Positions 13,711-39,149 of a stretch of 64,000 nucleotides of DNA are shown here, piece after piece (positions within the stretch are counted from its first letter, which is position 1; each line of letters opens with the position of its first letter). The notes under the pieces were generated by a model. The model was not told the origin of the DNA. It did no database searches and worked only from the letters and a program-made list of their open reading frames with translations. Source of the DNA: Amoebidium appalachense (lineage: Eukaryota > Protista > Ichthyosporea); the NCBI GenBank assembly GCA_963693365.1, contig CAVNZM010000005.1, positions 6,207,167-6,271,166 on the forward strand, written 5' to 3'. The position numbers were made by a program, and so were the translations under genes.

Positions 13711-13837
13711 TTTTTTTAAACTTTTAAATGAGATGCACAAACAAAAATACACACAAACACACACACACACATACACACGCACACACACACATACACATGT
13801 CGTACACACACACACACACACAGACAAACACACACAC

Positions 13838-13955
<118 letters not shown>

Positions 13956-13974
13956 ACTGTCACAGGCACGCACG

Positions 13975-14044
<70 letters not shown>

Positions 14045-14530
14045 GTGACACACACACACACACACTCACACACACACACAAACACACAAATGACTACATG
14101 TAAACAAGGCAGCTTGACCTCGCTCACTTCAACACTTCTTACACAGATCTGTTACCTTCTCCATATCGACCCCACCTTCCCCAGCCGCCCCACCCAAACC
14201 CCACTTTTGCCCGCCAGCCCCCCCCCCCCCCCCCCTTTCCGAAGTTCCTTATACCTTCCTTCCTCCCCCTTCCTCCCTCCCCCACGACCAGCACCAGCAC
14301 CACCACCACCTCCCTCCCTAGGCACCTACAAGAGAGGTGGGGCAACAAGGTGCCCCTGGCGAGGGAGGGGAAGAAGGGAGGGGGGGGGGGGGGGGGGGGG
14401 GGGAGGGGGGGGGGGGGGGGGGGGGGAGGGTCCTGGGAGGGAAGGGGAGGAAGAGGACCGTGAGAGCATAACAACGTACACCTTCACTGACGTCGACATA
14501 CACTCACACCTGAGCGCGTGTGCGTGCGCG

Positions 14531-14598
<68 letters not shown>

Positions 14599-14653
14599 GA
14601 CAACACGTGACACATACTCTAACAAACACCCACCCACGGAATTGAAACACACA

Positions 14654-14694
<41 letters not shown>

Positions 14695-14753
14695 ACACAC
14701 ACACAGACAAACACACGACACATAATCTAACAAACACCCACCCACCGGATTGC

Positions 14754-14875
<122 letters not shown>

Positions 14876-15091
14876 TGACAAACATATACACACACAGACG
14901 TGTGCATACACACACGTGCACGCAAGGGCACACACACACACACACACACAAGCATATACAGACGCCTAAGTGTACGTGCACAAATACACACGCAAACGTG
15001 ACACAATCACTCTCACACACACAAACACACACACACACTGCGTCTCTCTCTCTCTCTCTCCCTCTCTCCCTCTCTCCCTCCCTCCCTCCCT

Positions 15092-15141
<50 letters not shown>

Positions 15142-16243
15142 TCGTAATCAGTCACACACAGTACACACACATGCGCAATACACACACACACTTACCCTGT
15201 GTAACAAACGACACACTGGCACAGTATATTAACCAGCCTCTTTTCGTGCAGTGGCGGTTTGCAAACACGCACGGTCCGGGTTAGTACTAGTCCAAGACAA
15301 CGTAACGTTAGATATAATTAGCAGCTTCTGCACAGGTCTTGTGTAGGGAGAGAGCAGACGGGTAGATGTACAAAGACTTAGAATAGAAAGAGAGCTGCCG
15401 GGTTTACATTTCTTTTATCCGTGAGCAAGAGAAAGAAAACAATACAGTTAAGTAACAAACATCTACTTCGACTTGTTTCATGTTAGTGGCAGTACATAGT
15501 GGGCTCGTACCGATACTTCACGGTAGTGCTACCTCTGCACACTGCACTGTGCAACAGAACACTTTGCACTCAAGTGACCTTTGGATGCAAGGGATACTTG
15601 ACGAGACGACATATGCAACAAGTAATTTATTATAAAAAGAACAACAGGGTGTCTGTCAGAGTCTGCTGGTTGCGTTGGACGGTGTGGAAAACAGTAATGA
15701 TGTGTTTTCGACCGAACGCCTTCCTGTTGTTTTGGCAGAAACGCACCATGCAGGCAGTAAATGTTCAACACCCGTAGTAGTTGTGCATATGTTTAACTAC
15801 GGTGCATGTGTGATGCCCTCATGATCATGAATGGCAAAGAAAAACGCCCAACGCAACAAGCCTGCAAACCCCAAAATAACTAAGACGATAGAAATTATCA
15901 TTTAAAATGAAAAGCATCTGTGTAGTGTTTTGAGGAAAAAGCAAATATTGTTACGTAAAGGGTTTTGTTTAGGCCCGAAGTAGCTCAAGTTCTACGTCGG
16001 GGAGCTGGAGCCGCTGCCAGGCAGCCCGACCAAGGCCTCCTTGAGCCCGACTCGGCGACGGCCCTATGGCGGCCAACCTCGGGTGCTGGAGCGAAGCAAA
16101 AATTGATCGATTTTTGAATAGAAGATCCAAAGTGGTCCAGGTCCATACGCCTCACCTGCACAATCAGACGGCGGGGGGACATTGCGAAACTGCCCCCTAG
16201 GCCTTCCGCCCCCAAACCCAGGTCTCCTCTTGCTCTTCACGGG

Positions 16244-16356
16244 CCTGATAAATATATAACACCACCCGACATCTATGTACCTAATCTGATAACGTTGAGG
16301 GCCCGGTGAGGGGATATACCAAGCAAACAATCCCCCCCGCCTGAGACTGTTCTCTC
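16244..16356 (+). other. Diverged homolog of the family-1 retroelement 3' module in a different sequence context
   Basis: Shares ordered blocks with the reverse complement of 45180-45284: CCTGATA, CACCACCCGACATCTATGTAC (21/21), TGAGGGGATAT, AGCAAA, a C-run, CCTGAGACTG and TTCTCT. Confidence 0.7.
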
Positions 16357-16684
16357 TCACATATAGCCTATCATACTGGCGTGAGCTCAGGCTGAGCACA
16401 GCCAACGTTAGCCAATCAGTGGTAACTAATTCCGCGATGACGAGACGAGAGGACGTCCATACCCTGCATTGGCTGAGGACCTTCATGAGCGACGCAGTGA
16501 GCGCAAATGCTTTATCCCCACAATGTGAGCTACCGTATTGCATGTTATCATCATTTATGGCCATATTCTAAGGTAAATCTGCCCTTGGTTTTCTGCGATA
16601 TGTTTGTGTAATAACTGTTACATGGGTGGCGAAGCCTGGTGGCCAAGGAGTTTTGGCGAATTTCATGCCCTGGACGTCGGGAAG

Positions 16685-16722
16685 CTGATTGGCTAACGTT
16701 GGGTGTGCTCAGGTATATAAAT
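16685..16722 (+). promoter_or_regulatory. Core promoter: inverted CCAAT box plus TATA box (also at 20223-20260 and, on minus, ~12200-12257)
   Basis: CTGATTGGCTAACGTT followed by TATATAAATAA about 110 nt upstream of the ATG. The CCAAT block is conserved in all three paralogs and the TATA block in copies 2 and 3. Confidence 0.7.
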
Positions 16723-16832
16723 AAACCCGCGCAGGTCAATCCGATCAGAACACGGACTGAACGACAACATCTATCCCTACTACCAGCTTTTCTCTTTCAC
16801 CCTCTTTAATCATTTGAATCTCAGCCGCCACC

Positions 16833-17369
16833 ATGGGTCACAGCCATAGCAAAGGGAGACCGCACAACAGAGACATCAGGAAACTCCGACGTGACGTCAT
16901 CCCCAGCACCCACCCCGACACTGCATCCGCTGAGCCCGACAACTGGCCCATCTGGTCCATCCCCACCGACGTCCATGCACCACAGGCCCAGCCACCCGCC
17001 ACTGCCGTAGCTGCCGACCCTCCGTACGACCCCAGCGCCGACCAAATCCACTTTATTGTGGGCTCGAGTGTGCTGGCTGCTGCCCCCCAGCCATCCCCCA
17101 GCATGCCGCATGCCGCCTCTGCCCACGTGCCCTCTCTGCCGTCTCTGTTGACCAGTGAACTCCCCGCCGGGACCTTGCCGCACGCAGTGGCTGCTCGCAG
17201 TGTGGCCGCAGCAGAAGCCCCGGCCGTTGGCGGCAGTGGCGCGCACGAGGCACTGACAGGACTGGCTGGCGCGGGAATGGTGGTGGCGTTTGTGGCCCTC
17301 ATTGCACTGGTGGCCGTGAGAAGGTCGCCTAAAGCGGCTGATGACGACAGCACAGAGGATTTGGTGTGA
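16833..17369 (+). CDS. Intronless 178-aa protein: N-myristoylation-like MGHSHS, Pro/Ala/Ser-rich disordered body, C-terminal TM helix and short acidic tail
   Basis: Open ORF with a perfect Kozak (GCCACCATGG) and a CCAAT/TATA promoter. Hydrophobic GLAGAGMVVAFVALIALVAV is followed by RRSPK. Two paralogs are in the window. Confidence 0.7.
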   Translation: MGHSHSKGRPHNRDIRKLRRDVIPSTHPDTASAEPDNWPIWSIPTDVHAPQAQPPATAVAADPPYDPSADQIHFIVGSSVLAAAPQPSPSMPHAASAHVPSLPSLLTSELPAGTLPHAVAARSVAAAEAPAVGGSGAHEALTGLAGAGMVVAFVALIALVAVRRSPKAADDDSTEDLV

Positions 17370-18402
17370 GGAAATGGGCACTTAAGATCATCCCTGTACG
17401 GCACTAACGGTTGGAAAAGTTGTTCCGTGCAACCATACTCGTATAAATAAGAGTACTGAAATCAAGATCATAAGCAGCTAGAATAGGATTACCTTCGACT
17501 TGTTACTCGTGCATGCTCAGTACAGTATGTGTTTTGCACCATTATATAGATAACATAGACGGTGCAGAGTTGAATTTGTAATCGACTTGTGTATATCACA
17601 TACCATGTATGAGCTCAAGCTTGGTTGTACCGACTTAATTCTGGGAAGCTATGTGGGGTGAAATAAAAACATTTTACAGGGTATATACGGACCTGGGATC
17701 AAGTTCAAATGATAGTATCTGTAGGCTGCTGCGGCACGGACTCTTCAAGTATACCTGTTACTGGTGACAGCACCGTGAAACATTACTATTTATGCCGTAG
17801 CGGTCTCTATAAGGCCTTAGGTCCTCTGTGTGCGTTTTGCTAACCAACTTGCAGTCTGAAAATTTCCAGAGACAATGTTTCAGTTCCTTTCCCTATAAAG
17901 TTCCCTGTTCACTCCCAAAAGCTACAAAACTTGTGGCTGCAATATAGATAGTCACTGACTCTGCATCTGCGCCTATTAGAAGACCCTAAGTTAGCCTCGC
18001 TTGAAACAGCAACAGCAGAATTTTATTTTTTATTTTATTTTTTTTTATTTTTATTTTTTAAAAAAAAGGTTTATTGCCACTCAGTAATCTTCGGACACAC
18101 CCCGAATAGATCAAACCTGATTCCTTCCTCCCCCTCCCCCCCCCCCCCCCCCCCCCCCCCTCCCCCCTCCTCCTCTCCACTCCCTCCGGAGGTAGGTGTA
18201 CTTTTCACAAAGAAACAATTAACAATTGATACCGGAAGAAAGAGGGCCATACTATCGCATCGTTGTTTTTAAAACTCTAGGCAATAAGAGCTGGCCCAAT
18301 ATTAACGCATGGTGAAAAGCTGCAGGTGTGGCAGGCGAACCGCTTTAGAAACGATTCTAGCCTCTACTCAGGGTATTACAAAAGGAAAACGAAAGAGTTC
18401 CT

Positions 18403-18611
18403 AGGCTGGGGCAAATACACTGAGCTAGGTGTGTGCTTGTAGTTATGATTGGTAAAGGTGTGTTAGCCTAACTAAATGAACCATTAGCACCCTAGCTAGG
18501 GCACAGTCGGTGCCAGTGAAATGCGGTAGCTCCCATGACGCCCCCCTCCCTCCCTCCCCCCCCCCCCCCCCCCCCCCCCGGGGAATAAAAGGGAGAAAAA
18601 AGGCAAAAAAA
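18403..18611 (+). mobile_element. Second, more diverged short copy of the family-2 3' module
   Basis: GGCTGGGG...GTGTG...TAGTTA...TAGCACCCTAGCTAG...GTCGGTGC...CGGTAG...CCGGGGAA plus an A-rich tail. Flanked by a 7-bp direct repeat AGTTCCT (18396-18402 and 18612-18618). Confidence 0.75.
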
Positions 18612-18833
18612 AGTTCCTTAACCAGACAAAGCAGTGTGAGCATCTCATTTGATAGGTTAAAAGAGCGAAAAAAGCAACAAAGTTGAGAAATTATATATTG
18701 GCAAGCCGAGGCAATCACGCATAATTCTGTAAGATGGTCACAAAATACACCCCTTCCCCCCCCCCCCCCCCCCCCCCCCGGGCCCCGCCCGGTGGCACAC
18801 CCAAAGAGTATTCATAGGCTCAAGAGCAGAAAG

Positions 18834-18870
<37 letters not shown>

Positions 18871-19203
18871 GGGGGAGGGGGAGGGGGGGCAGGGGAAAGT
18901 GCACACACTTGCTACCCCCTCCTCCCCTCCCCCCCCTAAACTCCCACCCCTCCCCACATACTCATATACCCTCTTTTCCTCTTTCCCGTCCCTCCCAACA
19001 TGCACACAGACAATCAAAAATCTGACCTTGCCTCCGCCGTGTTCACATGCATGTTTTTGTTGATTTCTTTAGATTTACGACCCTCTTCGAAACTGCAAAG
19101 CATGCAAGATTCACAGGCGGGTGGGGTGGGGGTGGGGGGGGGGGGGGGGGGGGGGGGGGAGGGCAACGAGAAGGAGGGAGGGAGGGAGAGATACACACAC
19201 ACA

Positions 19204-19320
<117 letters not shown>

Positions 19321-19452
19321 GGGGGGGGGGGGGGGGAGGGAGGGAGAGGGAGAGGGAGGGAGGGAGCCTCGGGAGGGAGGGAGGGGGGGAGGGAGGGAGG
19401 GAGGGAGGGAGGGAGGGAGGGAGGGAAAGAGAAACAGAGAGGGGGGAGGGGG

Positions 19453-19571
<119 letters not shown>

Positions 19572-19626
19572 GCTAGAGAGAGAGGGAGAGAGAGAGAGAG
19601 AGTGTGTGTGTGTCTGTGTGTGTCAC

Positions 19627-19670
<44 letters not shown>

Positions 19671-19806
19671 AAGTGTTATATATAATATACCGTTGGCCCA
19701 TGGCGCATGACGGTGGGGAGCAAGGAGAGTGGCATGGATATGATGGGGGGGCCGAGGGCGGGAAGGCCGAGGGCGGGAAGGCCATGCAAAAGGTCGAAGA
19801 CCCGGC

Positions 19807-19837
<31 letters not shown>

Positions 19838-20366
19838 ATTCTCACTGTGCACGTGTCAACCCTCCGCCGCAGGTTTTCATTGAGAAACACGGCTCACCAG
19901 AAATCTGCTCGGATTACGTTGACGACACGGGCGAATGCTATATACCCTGCATTTGCTCAGGCCCTGCCTGCGCACACAAGACTTTATGTCAAATAAGATG
20001 CCATTAAGAACTACGGAATGCATGTTATCATTACTGATAGCTATATAAGTTTCCGAAGGAAAATTGTACTTGCATATGGCGCCGCTGCTAATATGCCATG
20101 CGTTTGTGCATGCAATAACTAAGCCACCTGGTGGTGGTGACCACTGGTGATCATGAATTTGAACAAATTTCATCCCCTGGACGTCATCACATTCCAATCT
20201 GTAAACAAACCTACAGCCACAGCTGATTGGCTAACGTTAGCTGCTGCAGATATATAAATAAACCCGCGCAGGTCACTCCGATCCATCAGAACAACAACAA
20301 GCGAACATCGTCCTACCATCCTTTCACCTTTTCCCCTCTTGAACCCTTTGAATCTTAACCGCCACC

Positions 20367-20937
20367 ATGGGTCACAGCCAAAGCAAAGGAGGGCAGGGAA
20401 AAAAAGATCCCAGGAAGGCAGCCCTCCGCCGTGACGTCATCCCAAGCGCCCACCCCGACACTGCATCCGCTGAGCCCGACACCTGCAGCATGCATCTGGT
20501 CCATCCTTGCCCACGTCCATGCACCACAGGCCCAGCCACCTGCCACGGCCGTAGCTGCCGACCCTCCGTCCGACGCCAGCGCCGACCAAATGCACTTTAT
20601 TTTTGGCTCGAGTGTGCTGGCTGCTGCCCCCCAGCCACCTCCCAGCGTGCCGCATGCTGCCTCTGCCCACATGCCCTCTCTGCTGTCACGGTCTCTGCTG
20701 ACCAGCGAACTCCCCGCCGGGGTCTTGCCGCACGCTGTGGCTGCTCGCAGGTGTGGCCGCGGCAGAAGCCCCGGCCTTTGGCGGCAGTGGCGCGCACGAG
20801 GCACTGACAGGGCTGGCTGGCGCGGGAATGGTGGTGGCTGTACAGTGGCGTTTGTGGCCCTCTTTGCACTGGTGGCCGTGAGAAGGTCGCGATCTCGGAA
20901 AGTGGCTGATGACGACAGCACGGAGGATTTGGTGTGA
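20367..20937 (+). pseudogene. Third paralog of the MGxxxS / C-terminal-TM gene, frameshifted
   Basis: Starts MGHSQSKG with the same promoter and Kozak. A +4 indel after ...AEPDT shifts frame, and further +1 and +11 indels follow. It ends in the same DDDSTEDLV* sequence. Confidence 0.75.
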
Positions 20938-21536
20938 GCAAATGACCTTTTTTTCTGTATGATAGGGTGGGGGAGGGGGGGGGGGGGGGGGGGAGGGGGA
21001 TTTTCCCAAATATACCCATATATTATAGTACTGAATATGAGATAAAGAGCAGTGAATACATGAATAGGAGCTTCGAACCGAGTTTCAAACGATAGCGTAT
21101 CCGGTTGAATTTTGTAATCTAGATCTACCGTAAAAAAAATTATTAAATGACCCAGAGCTCCCACGAGCTGAAGCTTGGTTGTACCGGCCTCTGGGAGCGA
21201 TTCAATCGCAAAGGGATGAAATAAAAAGAAGTTTCCATTCATGAATGAAATCATCCTCGATCTAAGCGGTATCATAACTGCCGCATGGACTGGGTCAAGT
21301 TACTGCAGAACAGAACACAAACAAGATTTTTCTTTGTTACTATAATCGATGGGGCTCATAAACACGACTTTAAGCATGCAGGCAAAAACCCGCTTCCCCC
21401 GACTTTATCAACGCCCGCCCCCCCCCCCCCCCCCCTCTCTCTCTCGCTCTCTCACTCACACAAACACACACACTCTCTCTCCCTCCCTCCCTCCCTCCCT
21501 CCCTCCCTCCCTCCCTCCCTCCCTCTCTCTCTCTCC

Positions 21537-21583
<47 letters not shown>

Positions 21584-22074
21584 TCTCACCCTCACTCAGT
21601 CGTCGACATGTACATGCATGCACACACGCCTACTTGGCAGCCGACCCCGGTACTCATGTGTGTACAGAGTGGTTTCAACTCGGTCTGTGTGCACATGTGC
21701 TTTCTTTTGCAACCCTTTCTTGGGCTTCTCTAGAAATCTATCCTCCCCCCTCCCCCCCCCCCCCCCCCCCGGTCCCCCCTCAACACCCTCAAGTGCACAT
21801 ATATATGTACGTTGGCATATTACACACACATAAACATACAAGGGAATTTATACATATACACAGGCATGTTATAAACACACGCGCTTGCGCACGCACACAC
21901 GCACGCACGCATGCACACCGCGCACATACACGTGCACACACACACACAACACACACACACACACACACACACATGCACACACACACACACACACACGTGT
22001 ACACACACACACACGCACACGCACGCACGCACACACACACATGTACACAAACACACACACACACATGTACACAA

Positions 22075-22145
<71 letters not shown>

Positions 22146-24222
22146 CGCACACACACACACGGTCGCACAAATGTTTTAACCGTCGACTGATATCGTTACA
22201 GGCTGTCACAGGCACAGATACCCCCCCCCCCCCCCCCCCCCCCCCCTCTTCCGTCCCTCCCTCCCTCCCTCCCCCTGTTGGCCTGTCTGTTTGGCTTGCC
22301 TCTCTCTTGCGGCCGGCACTTGCATAACACAGACTCGGTGTTAAAAAGACACTTGGATAATGATACCGCAGAGTTCTTATTAAACATGTTATATAACAGG
22401 CGGCGGGCACTCCAGAGCATACGATAGATACATACTCGCTTATAGTAGTGATTCAAGGGGCCGGGCATGAAAGCATCATATGTAATCAGAAGGTCATTTT
22501 CAATTCAATAGTGTTTTTTCATGGGGACACACGTCAGGTGGGCATCATGGCAAAAACACACTTATCAGTTGCACATGCACACCAGCAACCCTCCCTATTT
22601 CCAGGGAGAAACGATGCACAGCCAGCGACGATCTATCGTGCAACACGGTAGTCTGAGGGGAGGTAAAATGACACACCACAGTCTTTAGCGATGTGTGACC
22701 AAGGCCTGTTGCTGTCTTGGATGTCGATCAAACTGCGAGACCTCGTGTGTGACACATGTACAAGGAATGAATTGGATCGGGGCCTCGAGGTTACCATCTT
22801 TATATACCCTGGACCACCTAAACAGCATCCAATGAAAACACGCGTAGATTCCCATAAGAAAGAAATTCTTCCTGATTGGGGAGGGGTCCTTGGAAATTGG
22901 TGTACATAAAGGATGTTAGTTAGCACTACTGGATAAGTATTCAAGTGCAAAGTATATATTCTTAACAAAAAAACGTTTTTGAGTTGTTTTCTAAAAACAT
23001 ACCTGATATTTTTGTTAATACACACTGTATATATAATGCTTTGATGATTGTAAGGGATTGTCACCAGCAAGCCCTTGAAGTTTTGGGAGATACAAAGGAG
23101 CCCGCCTGGCAGTGGCGGAGGCAAACATGCATGACTCGTTGACGAACCAGTTCTCAAGGGAGGCTCAATATTGGTAAGCTTACAGTAGCACATTCCAAAA
23201 CGGGGGTGTGAAGCCTTTGTAACCCTTGATTTGGCCAAGTATGAAACAATCCCTGAGATTTGACTGCATACAAGTACTATAATTGTGAAAAATGTGTACT
23301 AACTTGTAGCATAATTGCCATTCATAAGGGATTATGCTTCATCATATGTCATCATTCCAAGCTTTTCTATTGGCCGTCCGTTTATGTGCTTTCTACCAAA
23401 ATAGAGTGAAAAGTGATTGGATGAGCTTCCCACCATTTGTTACCGGAGCCAATTAGAATGGGCTCAAAAATGGGCAAATTCTTTTCGGATCACCACAGAA
23501 ATGTGAGTCTGACAAACTAGCTAAATGTTCACCTGCTTGCGCAAAATAAATCATCAATCATCATTATTGGTAGCAAAGGGATCTTAAATTTGAAACACGT
23601 CTGTATATCTATGACTCCGATTGTAAAAACTGTGAAGTTCACCTCTATGCAAAGATCTCAGAGCAAGTCGACTGAGAGCCTCGTGACTCGCCAGAATATC
23701 ATAGCATAATGCTTTTACCCCCCCTCCCGGAACACTGATAAAATCGACCAATCGGAGCCCTTATAATTTTCAGGGTAAAACGTGCTGTAAACATGGAAGT
23801 GCGGCACACAGAGGGGAATACCCCATTCGCATCTTGGGTCTTTGCCAAACTTAGTCATAGCGTGTCTTTCCTATACTCACACAGAGTGTTTAGTTCTTCA
23901 GAGGTAGCCTACGGTGAAACAGAAAGAATATAGCGCTATTTCACACACTGGCTAGGTTTTTCGTTATTGTGTGCTGCAACAAAAGAATCGCCCTGAAGGA
24001 ACGATTGGCTAGCATCAGCTGGATCGGAGCATTGTGTGGCTTTAGAGCAGCCGACTTGGAGCACTGTGTGGCTTTAGAGATCTGATCGTTTTTGTTTTCT
24101 GGAGGCGGAAAAAGACTTCCGTTAAGTTGAAACGGATTATTTCAGCGTGCATAAAGTAGTGGATTCAGTTAGCTAGCTAGGTTATTTATAGGTGCAGACA
24201 GGCACCTAGGCTTCGTGAAAAG

Positions 24223-35183
<10,961 letters not shown>

Positions 35184-35364
35184 TTTTTTAGTATTGTTAT
35201 TTGTTATGGGGTAGAAGTTGCTACGCTTATGTTTTTTGTTGTTTGGTATTTGTATGATTTTTTTCTTTTTATAAAAAAGAAAAACTCTTTTTTTTTCTCT
35301 GTTCCTTTTTCCTTCCTTTGTTGTTTCTTTTAGCTCTTTGGGTTTCACGGGCAGGGTGTGGGCG

Positions 35365-35403
<39 letters not shown>

Positions 35404-36312
35404 TACTTTACCCTCACGGAGGTGATTTACTCCAAAACTGTGTGAAGGAAAATGAGTACGGTATAAACTAGTTTATTGGGAATGGTCTGAGGCAAACGTG
35501 GACTCGACTGGCATCATCTAGATATCCATACGTGATACTATTGCTGTACATACATGTTAGATATAGGTATGTATTCTAAATGAGAGTTGGTATAAAATGA
35601 ATAGTCTAGCTTCTAAGATGAAGAAAACAAATTTAAAGACTTTTGATATATTTGCAACGCAGCACACAGCCAGAATCTGATAGTCTCAAAAAATAGCTGA
35701 TATAGGGGCTACTGGCCGTTCATAAATAGGATTAAATATCGGCCACGTGTACATATTGGCCACAGCACATACGTGATTCGTCCGGAACGAGCATGATGAT
35801 TTTCAACCAATCAATCGTGGCTATCCATCTAGACGATGGATCTGGGCTACAGCGGCACTTTTCCTTCAGCTTCGATTATAATATTATGCACCAAAATGCA
35901 CTCAAACACACTCTACGTGTGGGTGCATAATTCCCTCATATAGTCCAGTTGCGCACCCCCACGCGTACACGCTCATATACTTCCCGATGCCAATATAAAA
36001 TTCCTACTTCTTTTAGTTTCATAAAAACTATTCCAGTGGCTCCCATTATAACTAATATTATCGCCGGCCCAGACCATTCACCTTGCCTTTTGGAAGCTCC
36101 CGTGTTCATCACTATATATGCACATGTGGTGCCACTGAGGTTAACTTTACGGCATATCCAACAATTCGTACCGGTACCCCACCCGACTACTTTTTGTTGA
36201 ATTAGTAAGACCCGCCCTCGGCCATATTTGAAGAAGGGGAAGCTGTTCAAATTTGTAGACCAAGGGTCTGTGACCTAATTAGGCCCTGATAGATTGCAAG
36301 CCTCGGTCGACT

Positions 36313-36358
<46 letters not shown>

Positions 36359-36469
36359 TTCCCCCCCTCTCCCCGGGCCCCCCCTCTCCCCTCCCCCCCC
36401 CCCCCCCCCCTCCCCCCGCCCCCGCCCCGCCTCCCCCCATCCCCCTTCGAGGACAAGCTTAAGACATTT

Positions 36470-36533
<64 letters not shown>

Positions 36534-36775
36534 ACACATACACACACACAGTCACATGTATATGTACACACACATGTATACAACACACAGTGTCACAAAT
36601 ACGTGCGCGTATGCATATGCATACACATGCATGGCACCTCCGTGCCAGCATTCACAGTCGTGTCATGAACACACTAAAATCATGTGTGTACAACCCGCAC
36701 ACATGTACACACACGCACACACGCACACACACACACAAACACAAACACACACACACAAAAAAAACACACATATGT

Positions 36776-36863
<88 letters not shown>

Positions 36864-36986
36864 ATACTGCAAAGACACCCACACACACACTGTAACATAC
36901 CCCGTAGCTTCAATCGACTTTCACGTTTGTGATCATTTACTGTTCGTTTTTCCCTTGCACATGCAGCACTGTTCAACACCATCAAG

Positions 36987-37054
<68 letters not shown>

Positions 37055-37452
37055 CCCACGGGGGAGGGTGACCACCACCATCACCAAATCATTACGCACA
37101 CAACCACCCTGCCGACACCATGCCCACCACACCTATAGCGAATCATAAGCCATCAAAAGACTTGATACACCCGCGCTGTTATAATTACTAAGAAGCAGAA
37201 ATATCATGTCGAGATCAAATCGCTTCCCATATTCCCAAAAAAAAAAGACAAAAAAAAAAAAAAAAAATTGTGCGTGCCAAAACTTCCCGTCCAAATTTCC
37301 ATATTTGGCTAATCGTGTGATTGCGCGCGAATTATTGGTGCACACAAACTCATTACCAATAACTTGCTATGACATTGTGACAATTCACTACATCTTGGCA
37401 AAAATCGTAGTTTGGCGTGCATACGTTGACCTGAGAGTGTATTTTGCTTCCC

Positions 37453-37493
<41 letters not shown>

Positions 37494-38199
37494 GGAGCCA
37501 AATTATTTGCAACGGGGGGGGGGGCAAGCACTACGAGCGTAGAGTATCAAGAATCGTTTTGTGGCCACCTTAACCTTTATCATAACTTAAACATTGAATT
37601 TTTGCCTGGATATTTAACCTTAAACCTTTATCGTAAGCTTATATTAGTTGAACTTTTAACTGGATAATGATTTCACAACGAATGATTAATGCACATATTA
37701 TTGGGGTATATAAATACCGTACACGCACAAAAGAAAAACCATACATCACACAACTATATGACTGAGAGTCAGTTATTGCATCTTATTTTCTATCATATCC
37801 CGTCTCACCTCACAGAGGCTACTGGCCCTTGCGTCACCTTCCACTTAGCTCTGTCCATATCCAAAGGCAAGAATACAAAACACATCATATGTACTAAAGG
37901 GGTAGGAATATCGTACAGTATACCTACGTATATAGCAGCATTGGCATATGAAAAAGTATACATAAAATAGGTTGCAAGCACACAAAAGCGCTTGAACAGA
38001 AGACTCCGAGTTTATTATGGGCCTGACATCATACATGGCACAAGCTCTATGCCCCGTACACACGGCCTGCAGGCAATTACACTGACATTTTGACCACCAT
38101 GAATATGAATAGCATCCGGGGGTGGGTGTGTGGTTGTGTGTGTGTGCGCGCGTGTGTATGTGTGTGTGTATGGACCAGGGGCGGGGTTGGGGGCAGGGG

Positions 38200-38236
<37 letters not shown>

Positions 38237-38516
38237 AAGAGGAGGAAGGAGGAGGGGGAGAAGGCTAATGCATGCCTTATAATAGCATATTGTCAAGACG
38301 TCATGCGCTATAGCTAACACCTTATTTTTTATGTTCCATTTCACCGAACCTGTACTACATATTACAGCCAGGGATGCTGCAAGTGTAGTACATGATGGCA
38401 GCTAACACAACCCAAAAATGGACCCTGAAAAATGCGAGATGTTAAGCCATAACCCGGGTGTGTGTGTGTGTGTGTGTGTGTGTACATACGGTGTGTGTTT
38501 GTGTGTGTGTTGTGTA

Positions 38517-38553
<37 letters not shown>

Positions 38554-39118
38554 CGGGGTGGGGGGTTGGAGGGGGGGAGTGGGGAAATCTCCCATATATT
38601 GTTTATCAAATCCTCCTTCAAAAACCTAGCCTGTTTCCTCAAGCTACTCACAAAAAACGGCACAGACACACGGACGGTCACTAACAGCATACACAAGAGC
38701 AGACTGGTTCCAGGAAAAAGAGAGGCTGTCACCTTCCCCCACTCCGCACCCCTGAATACACAGGGAGAAGAAAGGCACTCCCCCTCCCCCCCCCCCCCCC
38801 CCCCCCTCCCTCCTTCTACCCCATGCCTGCGCACCCAGAACTCCCCCTCCCCCCCCCCCCCCACACATTCAAATCGACACAAACACAAAAGAAAAACCTA
38901 CCAAAGAAGTATAATAGTGAATCCGACATCAAGTTGCAGGCTCGTCCCCATAACCAAACACACTATTTCCACTCACTATGATAGTATGTGCCAATCATTA
39001 AACTTATGCAACCAAAAGCAGCAATTGTCACATGTAAACGAATGACAGGGAATAGAATTTGGAAAGGGATAAGCAAAGTGAGGGAGAGAAGGGGGAAGGG
39101 GGGAGGGGGGTTTGCGAG

Positions 39119-39149
<31 letters not shown>

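Noticed and set aside
15971-16310. GC-rich near-open frame upstream of the orphan module as a Fanzor/TnpB remnant
   Set aside because: It has an internal stop and no recognisable RuvC or zinc-finger motif; its identity is unresolved.
22633-23238. 201-aa minus-strand ORF
   Set aside because: Non-ATG start, no recognisable motif, and no consistent exon chain.
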